Source: Eledone cirrhosa (taxonomy: Eukaryota). Taken from it: DNA of 64,000 nucleotides. A program made the translations under genes and the position numbers. The stretch covers positions 250,356,001 through 250,420,000 of the forward strand of contig OZ024743.1 in NCBI GenBank assembly GCA_964016885.1, read 5' to 3'. The notes beneath the pieces are model-generated. The model saw only the letters and a list, made by a program, of their open reading frames with translations, ran no database searches and was not told the origin of the DNA. Shown here piece after piece: positions 1-10,411 of this stretch (positions are counted from its first letter, which is position 1; each line of letters opens with the position of its first letter).

Positions 1-3000
1 ATAAAAGCACCCAGTCCATGCTGTAAAGTGGCGCTGGTGTTAGGAAGGGCATCCAACCAGTGTATCAATGCCAAAACGCTTATCAGCACAGCAACAAATA
101 GGAACAACAACAAAATATGAAGACGTCGCATCTCAGAGTTGCAACACTTAATGTTGGCTCTCTCAGAAGTAGATCTGCTGAAATAGCAGAGATGCTGGAG
201 AGAAGGCAGGTGGATGTGTGCTGCGTGCAAGAGGTGAGATGGAGAGGTGCCTCTGCGAGACTAGTCGTAGGCAAACGTCTTAGCTATAAGCTATTCTGGG
301 TAGGTAAGGATGATGGGTTAGGGGGAGTAGGCATTTTCCTGGCTGAGAAATGGATCAATAAGACAATAGAGGTAGTTCGAGTTAGTAATCGAATAATTAA
401 GCTTAGATTAGTTGTAGGTAGGAGACTACTGACAATCATCTCGGCCTATGCTCCCCAAGCAGGCCTAGGCAAAGATGAGAAAGACTGCTTTTATGAGCAA
501 CTTTTGCAAACAACCGCAATGACAGAGGACGGAGACATCGTTATGCTAGCAGGAGACTTCAATGTTCATGTTGGACAGCTCCAGGATGGTTACACTGGGG
601 TACATGGTGGGCACAGTTACAGTTCAAGAAATGAAGAAGGAGTGAGACTTCTTGAATTTTGTGATGCAGGAACATTGACTATTTGCAACACAAACTTCCA
701 GAAACCTGCCAATCACCTAATAACCTACAAATCTGGTGAGCACATAAGCCAGATTGACTTCTTACTAGTTAGGCAGCGGGACAGGCAGATAGTGTCTAAT
801 ACCAAGGCATACCCTGGGGAAGAATGTACCCCACAGCATAGGTTAGTTGTTAGTGATATCTCAGTAAGCAAGAGATGGAATGAGACATATAGGAAGGTGT
901 GGAGAAGAAAGGTCTGGAAGCTAAAAGACCTTTCACTAAAATACAAATTTAGGAAAGCCCTTCAAGATGTATATGACGAAAAAGAAGACGATTTAGAGAC
1001 GTATGACATAGATAATAACTGGAATTTCTTACGTGACAACTTGCTGCAGGCTACTAATGAAACTTGTGGCTGGAGCAGATCTCCAACCAGACAGAGAGTG
1101 ACCTGGTGGTGGAACAGCACAGTAGATAAGGCTATTAGAGACAAAAGACTAGCATGGAAGGATTGGAAAAAGTATGGGAGTAGGGAAGAATATACAGCCA
1201 AGAGAGAAGCTAGACGTCAGGTGTACTTAGCACGCAGGGAGGTAGAGAGTAGGAGGTTTGCCAATGTTCTGCGACGGGAAGATCAGAGGCGTGCGGTGTT
1301 CCACATTGCAAGGCAGTGTGTCAATGCAAATCAGGATGTTGTTGGAGATAAATGTGTCCGAGATGATGCCGGTGTACTTAGTGTCACAAATGATCAGAAA
1401 AAGGAGGCCTGGAAATGTCATTATGAGAGACTGATGAATGTGGAGAACAAATGGGAGAGAGAGAAATTACCCCCAGTAGATCCGACAGAGGGACCAGCTA
1501 TTGAGATTGACGAATATAGGGTCCAAGAGGCGATTAGGGAAATGAAAAATGGTAAGGCTGCCGGACCATCGGGAATAGTTGCTGAGATGCTGAAGGCATC
1601 AGGGGACGTGGGCACTAAACTGGTTGCACACATCATCAATCAGGCTATATATGGTGGTTTCATACCCAAAGACTGGTGCAGCAGTATTCTCATAAATTGC
1701 TACAAAGGTAAAGGGGATGCTCTGGAGAGGAGCAATTATAGGGGTATAAAACTGATAGATCAGGTTATGAAAGTGGCAGAAAGGATTTTAGCACAACTAA
1801 TTAGAGAAAGGGTCAAACTAGATGAGATGCAGTTTGGTTTTGTGCCTGGGAAGAGTACAACAGATGCCCTCTTCTTGGTGAGACAATTGCAAGAGAGGTT
1901 CTTAGAGAAGAATAAGCCACTATACTTAGCCTTTGTTGACCTAGAGAAGGCCTTTGATAGGGTACCCAGATCTGTCATCTGGTGGTCCTTAAGGAAGCTA
2001 GGTGTTGAGGAATGGCTTGTGAGGACAGTGCAAACTTTGTACAGAGGTACTCTCAGTAAAGTCAGGGTAGGAATGGAGTTTAGTGAGGAATTCCAGATAC
2101 AAGTAGGAGTACATCAGGGTTCGGTCCTCAGCCCGCTCTTGTTCATTATAGTCCTCCAAGCCATAACAGAGGAGTTTAAGACTGGCTGTCCATGGGAACT
2201 TCTCTATGCTGACGATCTGGTTCTTATAGCAGAATCAGTAGAGGAGCTAGAGAATAAATTCTGGCTATGGAAACAGCAGTTGGAAGCAAGAGGACTGAGA
2301 GTGAATCTAGCTAAGACAAAAGTGTTGATGAGTAGAAAAGAGGACAAAACCCTGATTCCGTCAGGGAAATGGCCATGTTCGATATGCAGAAAAGGAACTG
2401 GCATAAACTCTATAAAATGCACACAATGCAGATCCTGGGTACAGAAGAGATGTAGCGGGATAGCAGGCAAACTAACAGGTAGGGAGAAATATGTATGCAG
2501 TAGATGTACAGGGAAATTAGACAGTAGAAGTCGCATTGATAGACACATTTTTCAGATGCAGGAGGGGTGCTATAGAAGTGGTGGATAGCTTCCGGTACCT
2601 AGGAGATCAGATTAGCATGGGAGGAGGGTGTTCCGAGGCCATAGTATCTAGAATAAGGACGGGTTGGAAGAAGTTTAGGGAGCTGCTTCCTCTGTTGACG
2701 AAGAAGGGTTTCTCCTTGCGTACAAAAGGCCGGTTGTATGATGCCTGTGTGAGGAGCGCGATGCTGCATGGTAGTGAGACATGGGCAGCAACTGCAGAGG
2801 ATATGCGATGACTGGAGATAAATGAGGCAAGCATGCTCCGTTGGATGTGCAGTGTAAATGTGCATGAACGACTCAGCATAAATGTATTGAGAGAGAAACT
2901 GTGTCTGAGAGGGATAGAATGTAGTGTACGGGAGAGGAGACTGAGGTGGTATGGACATGTGATGCGCATGGAGGATGACCGATGGGTGAAGAAGTGCCAG

Positions 3001-3208
3001 GAAATGCCAGTTGAAGGAAGACGTGGTAGAGGTAGACCACGAAAAACATGGGCGGAGGTGGTGAGAACAGACCTCAGATCATTGAAGCTCACGGTGGAGA
3101 TGACGAAGGACCGTGACGAGTGGAGAGATGCTGTGCTGAATAAGACCCGTCCCACCCTTGCAAGCAGGGAAAAGCGGACGTAAAATGATGATGATGCTGA
3201 TGATGATA
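1..3208 (+). mobile_element. RTE-clade LINE, family A, near full length, inactivated
   Basis: APE endonuclease (ATLNVGSL, CVQE, GDFN, IDFLL), RT (VHQGSVLSP, YADD), C4HC3 finger, RRLRWYGH and RGRPRKTW motifs; ends GGACGTAAAAT(GAT)n. Confidence 0.95.
117..3183 (+). pseudogene. RTE ORF2 (APE-RT-PHD-like finger) with a frameshift near 2550 and a stop near 2810
   Basis: ORFs 117..2588, 2536..2811 and 2833..3183 are colinear with the uninterrupted ORF at 57884..61240. Confidence 0.92.
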
Positions 3209-3919
3209 CGCATAATAGACATATATATATTATATATATAAATACATACATACACACACATATATATAAGAAAGAAACATTTTAAAAATATTTATAACAC
3301 TTTCCCAAAAGTCTGTGTATGTATGTATATATATGTGTGTATGCATACATACATGTATTATTTTTATCATTATTATTAATCGTATGGTAGCTTTATAGAT
3401 TTGGCTTATTTTTTGTTTTTGTTATTACCTTCACTATAAACAGTCAGCAGTGTTGTATGGAAAGCCGGAGTGATCACCAAAATAACAAAACACATCAATG
3501 CTTTAATTACAACATTATTCACTCTTAAGACCCTTTTTTATATTTGCAAATAGCATTTTATGTTTAGCAACAGATTACTTCCTGTATGTTCTCCCGTATA
3601 TTTATTTCTTGCTTATATCATCACTATTAGTACTGATGGTGTGTATGTTGTTGTTAGTGGTGGTGGTGGTGTGTGTATGTATGTGTGTATATAGTTATGA
3701 TGTGGGGTGGTAGTGTTGGTGTGTGATGGTGATGTGGTGTGTATGGTGTTGGTGGTGCATATAGTAATGTGGTGGTGGTGGGGTAAAATCAGAAGAAAGA
3801 AACTAGTTGTGTAACAAATGTTACTAATGGATTTTATACACTAATCTACAGGGATACTAACATCTTTTTTTGGTTTTTGGTTTTTGCTGCTGTTGTTCTC
3901 TTTCTTCTTCTTAGTCTTT

Positions 3920-4050
3920 TTATTATTATTATCATTTATTATTATTATTATTATTGTTGTTGTTGTTGTTGTTGTTGTTGTTACAACAACAACAACAACA
4001 ACAACAACAATAATAATGATGATAATATTTTATTATTATTAATGATAATA
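3920..4050. repeat. Compound (ATT)n-(GTT)n-(AAC)n-(AAT)n microsatellite forming an inverted repeat
   Basis: Directly visible; (TTG)n abuts (ACA)n near 3983. Confidence 0.9.
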
Positions 4051-4059
4051 ATTTCTCTA

Positions 4060-6145
4060 CAGAGTTGTTTCTGCTAGAGAATGAGTCGTATGTGGCAAAT
4101 GGCGATACGGCCACCTGATATGATGGTTAGTTGCAATATAAGCGAGTTGCTACTGGACGAGTAAGCAACCCCAGACCAACAGTGGTATTATTTGGGGAGA
4201 TGGAGCAATAGGTGACACTGTTAGTTCCTAAGAAAATTTCCACAACTCAGTGATGTAGCTAGTCTTCTAGTCTCTGAGAAAAGTACCAAATTGGTGACTG
4301 GTGCAAATGAAACCACCAAAATACTTCAATATGGTAAGAAACAGAAAACGTATGCATACTACATCATCCATTATGTGGGATAACAAAGGACATGTTCAGG
4401 CTATAGGTAGAGGGGACTGTTTGAAAAATATATTGCAATCTCCATCCAATGTTGCAAGAACTGGTGATGAGCCTGCGGCATGCCCTGGAAGGCATGGGAT
4501 CTAAGCATAAAGATTTGTGCCAAGATACCAGAGAGAGTCCAGAAGGGAGTAAACCTTGACAATTGGTAACTGGAACATTATAACCCTTACAGACAAGGAG
4601 CAGGAACTTGTGGAAGAGCTCAGATGCTACCACTTAGATATTGTTAGGGTCTCCACAACAAAATGCTGTAGATCTGGATGAAGGATGGCAACTCCACTAT
4701 TCAGGTGTAGTGCCAGAAAAGACTGCACAGGTGGGAGTGGGGATACTCACAAGCACCCAGCAATCAGAATGCATTATAGAATGTATCCAGTTGGGAGGGA
4801 GGATTTTCCTCTTGAAGCTTAGTCTGTAAGAAATGTTTGTGGGTGGTGCAAGTTTATGTGCCAAATAAAGAACCTGAATACAGATCCTTCCTTGATGAAG
4901 TCACTGCAATGTTAGATGTAGTTAAGACTGAATTATTTATCCTAATGGGAGACTTCAATGCACATACTGGCACTGATTATCTGATGTGTAAAGGAGTAAT
5001 TGTTAGGAACAGCGATCCAAATCTATATATAAATGGAGAAGCCTTATTATACTTTTGTTCTAGTAATGGGCTCTCTATAATTAATACCTACTTTCAGTAC
5101 AGAGACATCCATAAATACATCTGGAATAAGGGTAAACAGGGAAAGAGATCAATAATTGATTTTGTCATTGTCTCGGATGTCTTTGATTTTGTGCTGGATG
5201 TTCATGTTAAGAGAGTGGCTGAGCTGTCAACTGATCACCAACTAGTTATCTGCAACCTGAGACTACCTAAAACCAAGAAAACCCAGAAAACTTGCAGGTC
5301 CAGCTTGACAGATACTGTCCAGCTAATGCAGATACTGTTGTATCCAAATTCAGATAACTTCCTCAGCAAACTGACGATGTTGAAACAGAGTGGAAATAGT
5401 TCAGCTCGTTAGTTTTTGTTTCAGCTGTTAAATGTTGCAAGCAAAAGTCACTTTGTGAGGTGCTGAGTGGCAGAAGGGTCCCATGGTTTAATCAAGGGAG
5501 ATCAAGGATGCCATCTGAGCAAAGAAGGAGGCTTAAAAAAGCTTAGCTTGGAAATAAGTCTTTCTTCTTGCACTTGCAGTACAAGCAGCTGTAAAGGTTA
5601 CAGAAGAGAGAGTAAAGGCATACAAAGTTAAGATATGAGAGGACTTTGGGGTTAAGCTGGAATCTGACTTTGGATCAGCAAATAAAGTGTTCTGCCGACT
5701 ATCAGGAATGTGTCAGGAGTTCTCTTCACTTCAGAGAGGTGCATCCTCATGGGGTGGAGAGAATATTTGGCTGATCTCCTAAACTCAGTCACAACAGAAT
5801 CTTCTGATATACATGAGGTGCATCTGGGAGTGATGACTAACCTCTTGGTGGCTGAGGGCATAAGGGCAATTAAATAGCTCAAATGAAGCTAGGTCACTGG
5901 GGAAAATGAAATTCAACCCAAGATGTTAAAAGCCTTAAATATAAAAGGTATTCTCTGGCTGTCTTGTGTGTGCCAGGGCACCTAAGCAATGGCAAAAAAG
6001 GAGACAAGAGAGATTTTGCTAATTATACATGCAGCTTCTTGTTAAGCCACCCTAGTAAAATCTATGCTAAGTGACTGGCAAAGTTGAGTCCAAGCTAGCT
6101 GATGAACAGTGTAGTTTTTGCCCCAGACGCAGCATTGTTGCAAAA
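4060..6145 (+). mobile_element. Old degenerate RTE LINE (Expander/Rex3-like, family E): 5' UTR, APE and start of RT
   Basis: ORFs 4641..4829 and 4837..5412 give WQLHYSGV, GVGIL, MGDFNAH, SIIDFVIVS and STDHQLV; many stops downstream. Confidence 0.8.
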
Positions 6146-6274
6146 TAAATGGGACATTACAAAGATCTTACATAGTATATAAATCCTAACATTCTATATA
6201 ACATGTCCTTGTAATGTATCCTTCATAAATGAAATCATTGTTGTTATTATTATTTTATTATTGTTATTATTAGC

Positions 6275-6528
6275 CTTAGTTAGATGAGCCTGTTCGAAAA
6301 ATATACTGCAGTCTCCATTTCATGCTGCAAAAACTGGTGATGGGCCTGCAACCTGTCTTGGGAGGCATGGGATGGATGCACAAAATTGCATATCCTGAGA
6401 CCCCAAAGAAGGGGATCCAGTCAGATCAGTTGGAGATGGTTGCTTCTGACAGGACCCACTGGAAGGAGTATTTGAGGATTCTGCCCCATAACCCTTTCAG
6501 GAATAAGTGGGTGAAGAAGATTATAATT
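6275..6528 (+). mobile_element. Bipartite non-autonomous derivative of family E (5' UTR piece fused to ORF2 3' end)
   Basis: 6287-6372 aligns with 4412-4500; it is followed by GIQSDQLEMVASDRTHWKEYLRILP, which resembles an RTE C-terminus, and a short tail. Confidence 0.6.
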
Positions 6529-6530
6529 AC

Positions 6531-7120
6531 AGTTCTTTACATTTTCTGTTCAAATCCCACCGAGGTTAGCTTTACCTTTCAACCTAATGGGGTCAAATAA
6601 AGTCCTAATAATGCACTGGGGTTGATTTAATCGTCTTTCTCCTCCCCTTCAAATTGCTGGCCTTGTGCCTATAGTAGAAATCATTACTATTATTATTATT
6701 GTAGAGGGTGGAAGATAGGCAGTATTGGTAGAGTATTGGACAATCTGCTTTGTGGCATAAAGTTACACCCCTTTATGTTCTGAGTTCAATGAGTTCAAAT
6801 CCCTTCGAGGCTAGCTTTGCCTTTCATCCTTACAGGGTCAATAAAATGAAGCACCTGTAATGAACTGGCTCGATTTAATAGACTTTCCCATTCCCCAAAA
6901 ATTGTTGGTTTTGTGCCTAAATCAGAGATCGTGGATTGGCAGTATCAGTAGAGGGTCAGACGCCATGCTTTGATGCATGGAGTTACGGCCCTTGCCATTC
7001 TGAGTTCAAATCCCACCGAGGTTAACTTTGCCTTTCATCCTTATGGGGTCGATAAAATAAAGTAGCAGTAATACACTGGGTAATTGCTGGCCTTGTGCCA
7101 AAAGTAGAAACAATTATTAT
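6531..7120 (+). mobile_element. Head-to-tail array of three tRNA-derived SINEs (family S1): ~6531-6700, ~6705-6930, ~6932-7120
   Basis: A-box-like TGGCAGTATCGGTAG, B-box GAGTTCAAATCC, body GCCTTTCATCCTTACGGGGTCGATAAAATAAAGTACCAG, tail GGCCTTGTGCC..AGTAGAAA(ATT)n. Confidence 0.9.
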
Positions 7121-7630
7121 GGACTAGCAGAAAAATCACCCGTAGTGTGTATATTGATATTATACACAGGTATATATACATGTAGATATGATACATCAAA
7201 TAAAATCGTAATTGACAATATATAATACATAGAAATTGAACGAAGACTGCACTACACTGTCTTATTTAATCAGTAACGTAATCGATGATACATTTAAAAA
7301 GACGATATTATATATAAACTGCATTAGGAGAAAATTAGTGACAGAAAATTAGTATGTTTATTTAAGTGCCACCGGAAGTGTTGACATTTCAAAAATTTTA
7401 AAGAAGTGAATCTTTAAATAAACAAAATATATTTAATGAACAGCCACGAAATTTAGTAGATAAATTATGTAATATTCATTCATTATTTCAGTAATACACT
7501 GGGATAATTGCTGGCCTTGTGCCAAAAGTAGAAACAATTATTTATTCAAAGTAATCCAACTTATTTTACAAACGGGATAAAAAATAATAAACCATAGGCA
7601 ATACCGCAGACCTTCCTTTATTATAATTTA

Positions 7631-7822
7631 GATTGGCAGTATCGGTAGATGGTCGGATGCCATGCTTTGCAGCATAGAGTTACGATCCTTTACGGTCTGG
7701 GTTCAAATCCCGTCGAGGTTAACTTTGCCTTTCATCCTTACAAAGTCGATAAAATAAAGTACCAGTAATACACTGGGATAATTGCTGTCTTGGAGCCAAA
7801 AGTAGAAACAATTATTATTATT
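7631..7822 (+). mobile_element. SINE S1 (a 3'-only fragment also lies at ~7490-7542)
   Basis: Same A/B boxes, body and ATT tail as the copies at 6531-7120. Confidence 0.9.
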
Positions 7823-8180
7823 GTTCTTTGATGTTATTTAACATTGATGTTATTTAACTGGAAAGTTTGTTGAAATGAATATCAAGCCACTACCTGCAGC
7901 CTCAGATATTCAGGACGTATTAGAGGGTTCTTGCTGTTCCCAGCAAGCATGCCTTTTGAAGTGTTCCAAAAAGTGGGGCTGGACTAATCTTCTTTAACCA
8001 TCCCTGGAAACTTCTTGAGATAGTACCTAGTGCACCTATGACAATCGAGACCACTTTGACTTCATGGCAGTTCCAAATCCTTTTTACCTCCCACTTTAAG
8101 TCCTGGTATCAGTTAATTTTCTCCCTCTCCTTCTCTTGCACTCTCGTGTCGAATGGGCAGGCCACATCCACAATCAGGCT
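7823..8180 (-). mobile_element. 5'-truncated R4/Dong-clade non-LTR retrotransposon (restriction-like endonuclease C-terminus and 3' UTR)
   Basis: Manual minus-strand translation: LIVDVACPFDTRVQEKEREKIN*YQDLKWEVKRIWNCHEVKVVSIVIGALGTISRSFQGWLKKI...LQKACLLGTARTL*YVLNI. This matches the RLE C-terminal pattern (D..C/P, K..KY..L, V.GALG, LQK..LLGTA). It is flanked by (TAA)n on both sides. Confidence 0.85.
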
Positions 8181-8425
8181 TATTATTATTATTATTATTG
8201 GCCGCACATGTGTGAAGACAGACAAGTCTGCGGGGGAAAAGGTTCGTAGCTTTAAGCTGTTTTAAAGTGTCTTTTTTTTGTATTTTCTTGTCATTAACGA
8301 AACTTAAGGTACACATCTTGATTTAAAGAGAGGGATACCTTTCAATATTCGGGCTTTAAGCCCCAATATTCAGATTTATTTTTTAAAAACTTCGAAAAAA
8401 ATCGCTTCCCCACCAAAAGAAAATT

Positions 8426-10246
8426 ATGGAAATTTTTGACCTTGAAACGGTAAACAACGTTCAGGTCAAAAGTTTAAAGGCAGCCACTGCAGATTTCACG
8501 ACGACTACGACGACTACAGTCATGCCTGTCATCCACTCTACTGAATGTGAAGGCAAAACTAAAAAGCTACCATCACAACCTTCTGCCATAGCAGCAGTAT
8601 CATCTGAAAACGATATCACCGCCACCACCACCACCACCACCACCACAACAACAACTCAGAGCAATAAAGACAATAACACCGACAGCTTCAATGTAAACAA
8701 GGATGGCGGTGGCAACAGCAAGAATGACAACAACAACAATAAGAGCATCAGAAACACCACATTTACTGCAGCAGCAGCAAAAACAAAGCGCTTATTGAAT
8801 ATTGATATTGATATTAGAGATAAAGACGAACAGTTGGCCAAAGCGTGGAGGCTAATTAAACGGGAGAAGTCCTGGGCAAACCTGACCATCCCGGACGAGG
8901 CAATAGCGACCATGCAAAGGAGGACGGTGCTCTTTCGATGTATTTCGGTGCAGACACGAAAAGTGGAACTTGCGAGCCAAGCAGAGGTAGAGGCTGCTTT
9001 GGAGTACATCGGAAGTAAGATAGAGTACAAAGCAAGAGGCAAACAGTTCGGTACCATCTCGGTACTGTTCAAAACCGAGGCCCTCGCTATTAAGCACTCG
9101 GTGACCCCCTGCAGAATGGAACGCATTATCATGCATCCATCCTATATGTGTAAAAGGACAGTGAAGGTACGCATTCCCAGCATCCCACCAGGAATGAACA
9201 TATGGTGGCTGCTGGGATGCGTAATCGAGGAGGGGACAGACACCACCCTCCTGGACATCAAAAGGACAGAGAGAGAGGACTGGTCCGGAATGGATTTGGA
9301 GATTCTTCTCCAAATGAAACCGGAGGATATGAATCACATCCCAGATTTTACCCGCCTGCAGGACGGGACAACAATCCAACTAATGATTGACGGAAGAAGG
9401 CCACGCTGCTTCGTTTGCGGGGAAGCAACACATCTTCAAGCCTTCTGCCCTCAGCGCAAAAATGCAGGGGGTCGCAAACCTCCTTTGGTGCCAACGCCAG
9501 TGTCAGCACGGAAAGCTGCACCACCACCACCACCACCAAAAACAACATCAACAAAAACACGGACACCAACATCAAAAGCAGCCGGATCACCACCAACACC
9601 AAAACCAATCCAAGGAGAAAACGAGGAAAGCTCTCCCACTCCCCCTACCCCCCCCCCAATTATACACATAGACAAAAAAAAAATAAACGCACACACAGAC
9701 ACAGAGACACTTACAGACACAGACCCTTTGTCTTCCAGCAGCGAAGATGAAGGAAAACCCAAAAGTGCAAAAAAACAGAGAAAACTCTCAAAAAAAAAGC
9801 CCCAACAAAACACAAAAACACACACAACAAAAAATACAGACACCACTAGCGCAAACACTTCCCCAATAACATCAGCACCAACAGCAATATCGACACCACC
9901 TCCACAATCCCTGAAACGCAAACAATCTAAACAAACACAAGTACAAATAAACACACAAATACCTGAAATTGCAGACACCACACCTACAACAAACATAGAC
10001 ATACCCGAAACAACACCACCAAAACCATCGCCACCACCTTCACCAAAACGAAAACAAATAAAACCACACCAACAAAATGTTAAAAACTTTGTGCTTGTCA
10101 GAAGGGCCAACGATAAACTGATGGCCCTCTTAGCGCGAAGAGAGGACATTCAAACAGAGGGGGAGATTTTTGAAATGAGCACATTTTGCGTGCCAGAAGA
10201 TTTGCTTCTGGTCCGAATGTCACTCAATTCCTTCAAAGAAATTTGA
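8426..10246 (+). CDS. Tx1 ORF1 (gag-like RNA-binding protein, CCHC zinc knuckle, P/T-rich tail)
   Basis: 606-aa ORF with GRRPRCFVCGEATHLQAFC; core aligns with ORF1 of copy B; possible frameshifted C-terminus extending to ~10380. Confidence 0.85.
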   Translation: MEIFDLETVNNVQVKSLKAATADFTTTTTTTVMPVIHSTECEGKTKKLPSQPSAIAAVSSENDITATTTTTTTTTTTQSNKDNNTDSFNVNKDGGGNSKNDNNNNKSIRNTTFTAAAAKTKRLLNIDIDIRDKDEQLAKAWRLIKREKSWANLTIPDEAIATMQRRTVLFRCISVQTRKVELASQAEVEAALEYIGSKIEYKARGKQFGTISVLFKTEALAIKHSVTPCRMERIIMHPSYMCKRTVKVRIPSIPPGMNIWWLLGCVIEEGTDTTLLDIKRTEREDWSGMDLEILLQMKPEDMNHIPDFTRLQDGTTIQLMIDGRRPRCFVCGEATHLQAFCPQRKNAGGRKPPLVPTPVSARKAAPPPPPPKTTSTKTRTPTSKAAGSPPTPKPIQGENEESSPTPPTPPPIIHIDKKKINAHTDTETLTDTDPLSSSSEDEGKPKSAKKQRKLSKKKPQQNTKTHTTKNTDTTSANTSPITSAPTAISTPPPQSLKRKQSKQTQVQINTQIPEIADTTPTTNIDIPETTPPKPSPPPSPKRKQIKPHQQNVKNFVLVRRANDKLMALLARREDIQTEGEIFEMSTFCVPEDLLLVRMSLNSFKEI

Positions 10247-10411
10247 GAGAGCTTTCCTCAAGACGTGGGAAACCCGAATGTGAAACCCACATCAAGACTT
10301 TTAAAGGGGTTCCCAAAAGAAACCCCACCAACCATGGAGGTCGAACCACCCGACCTTCACAAGACCCGGGAGGTAATTAAACCTTCCCTCTCTCTCTCTT
10401 AGCTTACCAAT

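Noticed and set aside
820-850. QH in place of the canonical APE DH motif as a novel catalytic change
   Set aside because: It is shared by families A, C and D here, and I recall QH in other RTE lineages, so it is not distinctive.
2204-3257. Antisense ORFs overlapping LINE ORF2s (here and in other copies)
   Set aside because: They are shadow frames of the RT coding strand with no independent motifs.
4060-4500. HDV-like ribozyme in the RTE 5' UTR (also sought at 36150-36410)
   Set aside because: I could not assemble the nested P1/P2/P3/P1.1 pairing by eye; it needs a descriptor search on family consensi.
6932-7020. tRNA genes at SINE heads
   Set aside because: A/B boxes are present, but there is no cloverleaf and they continue into a repeated SINE body.
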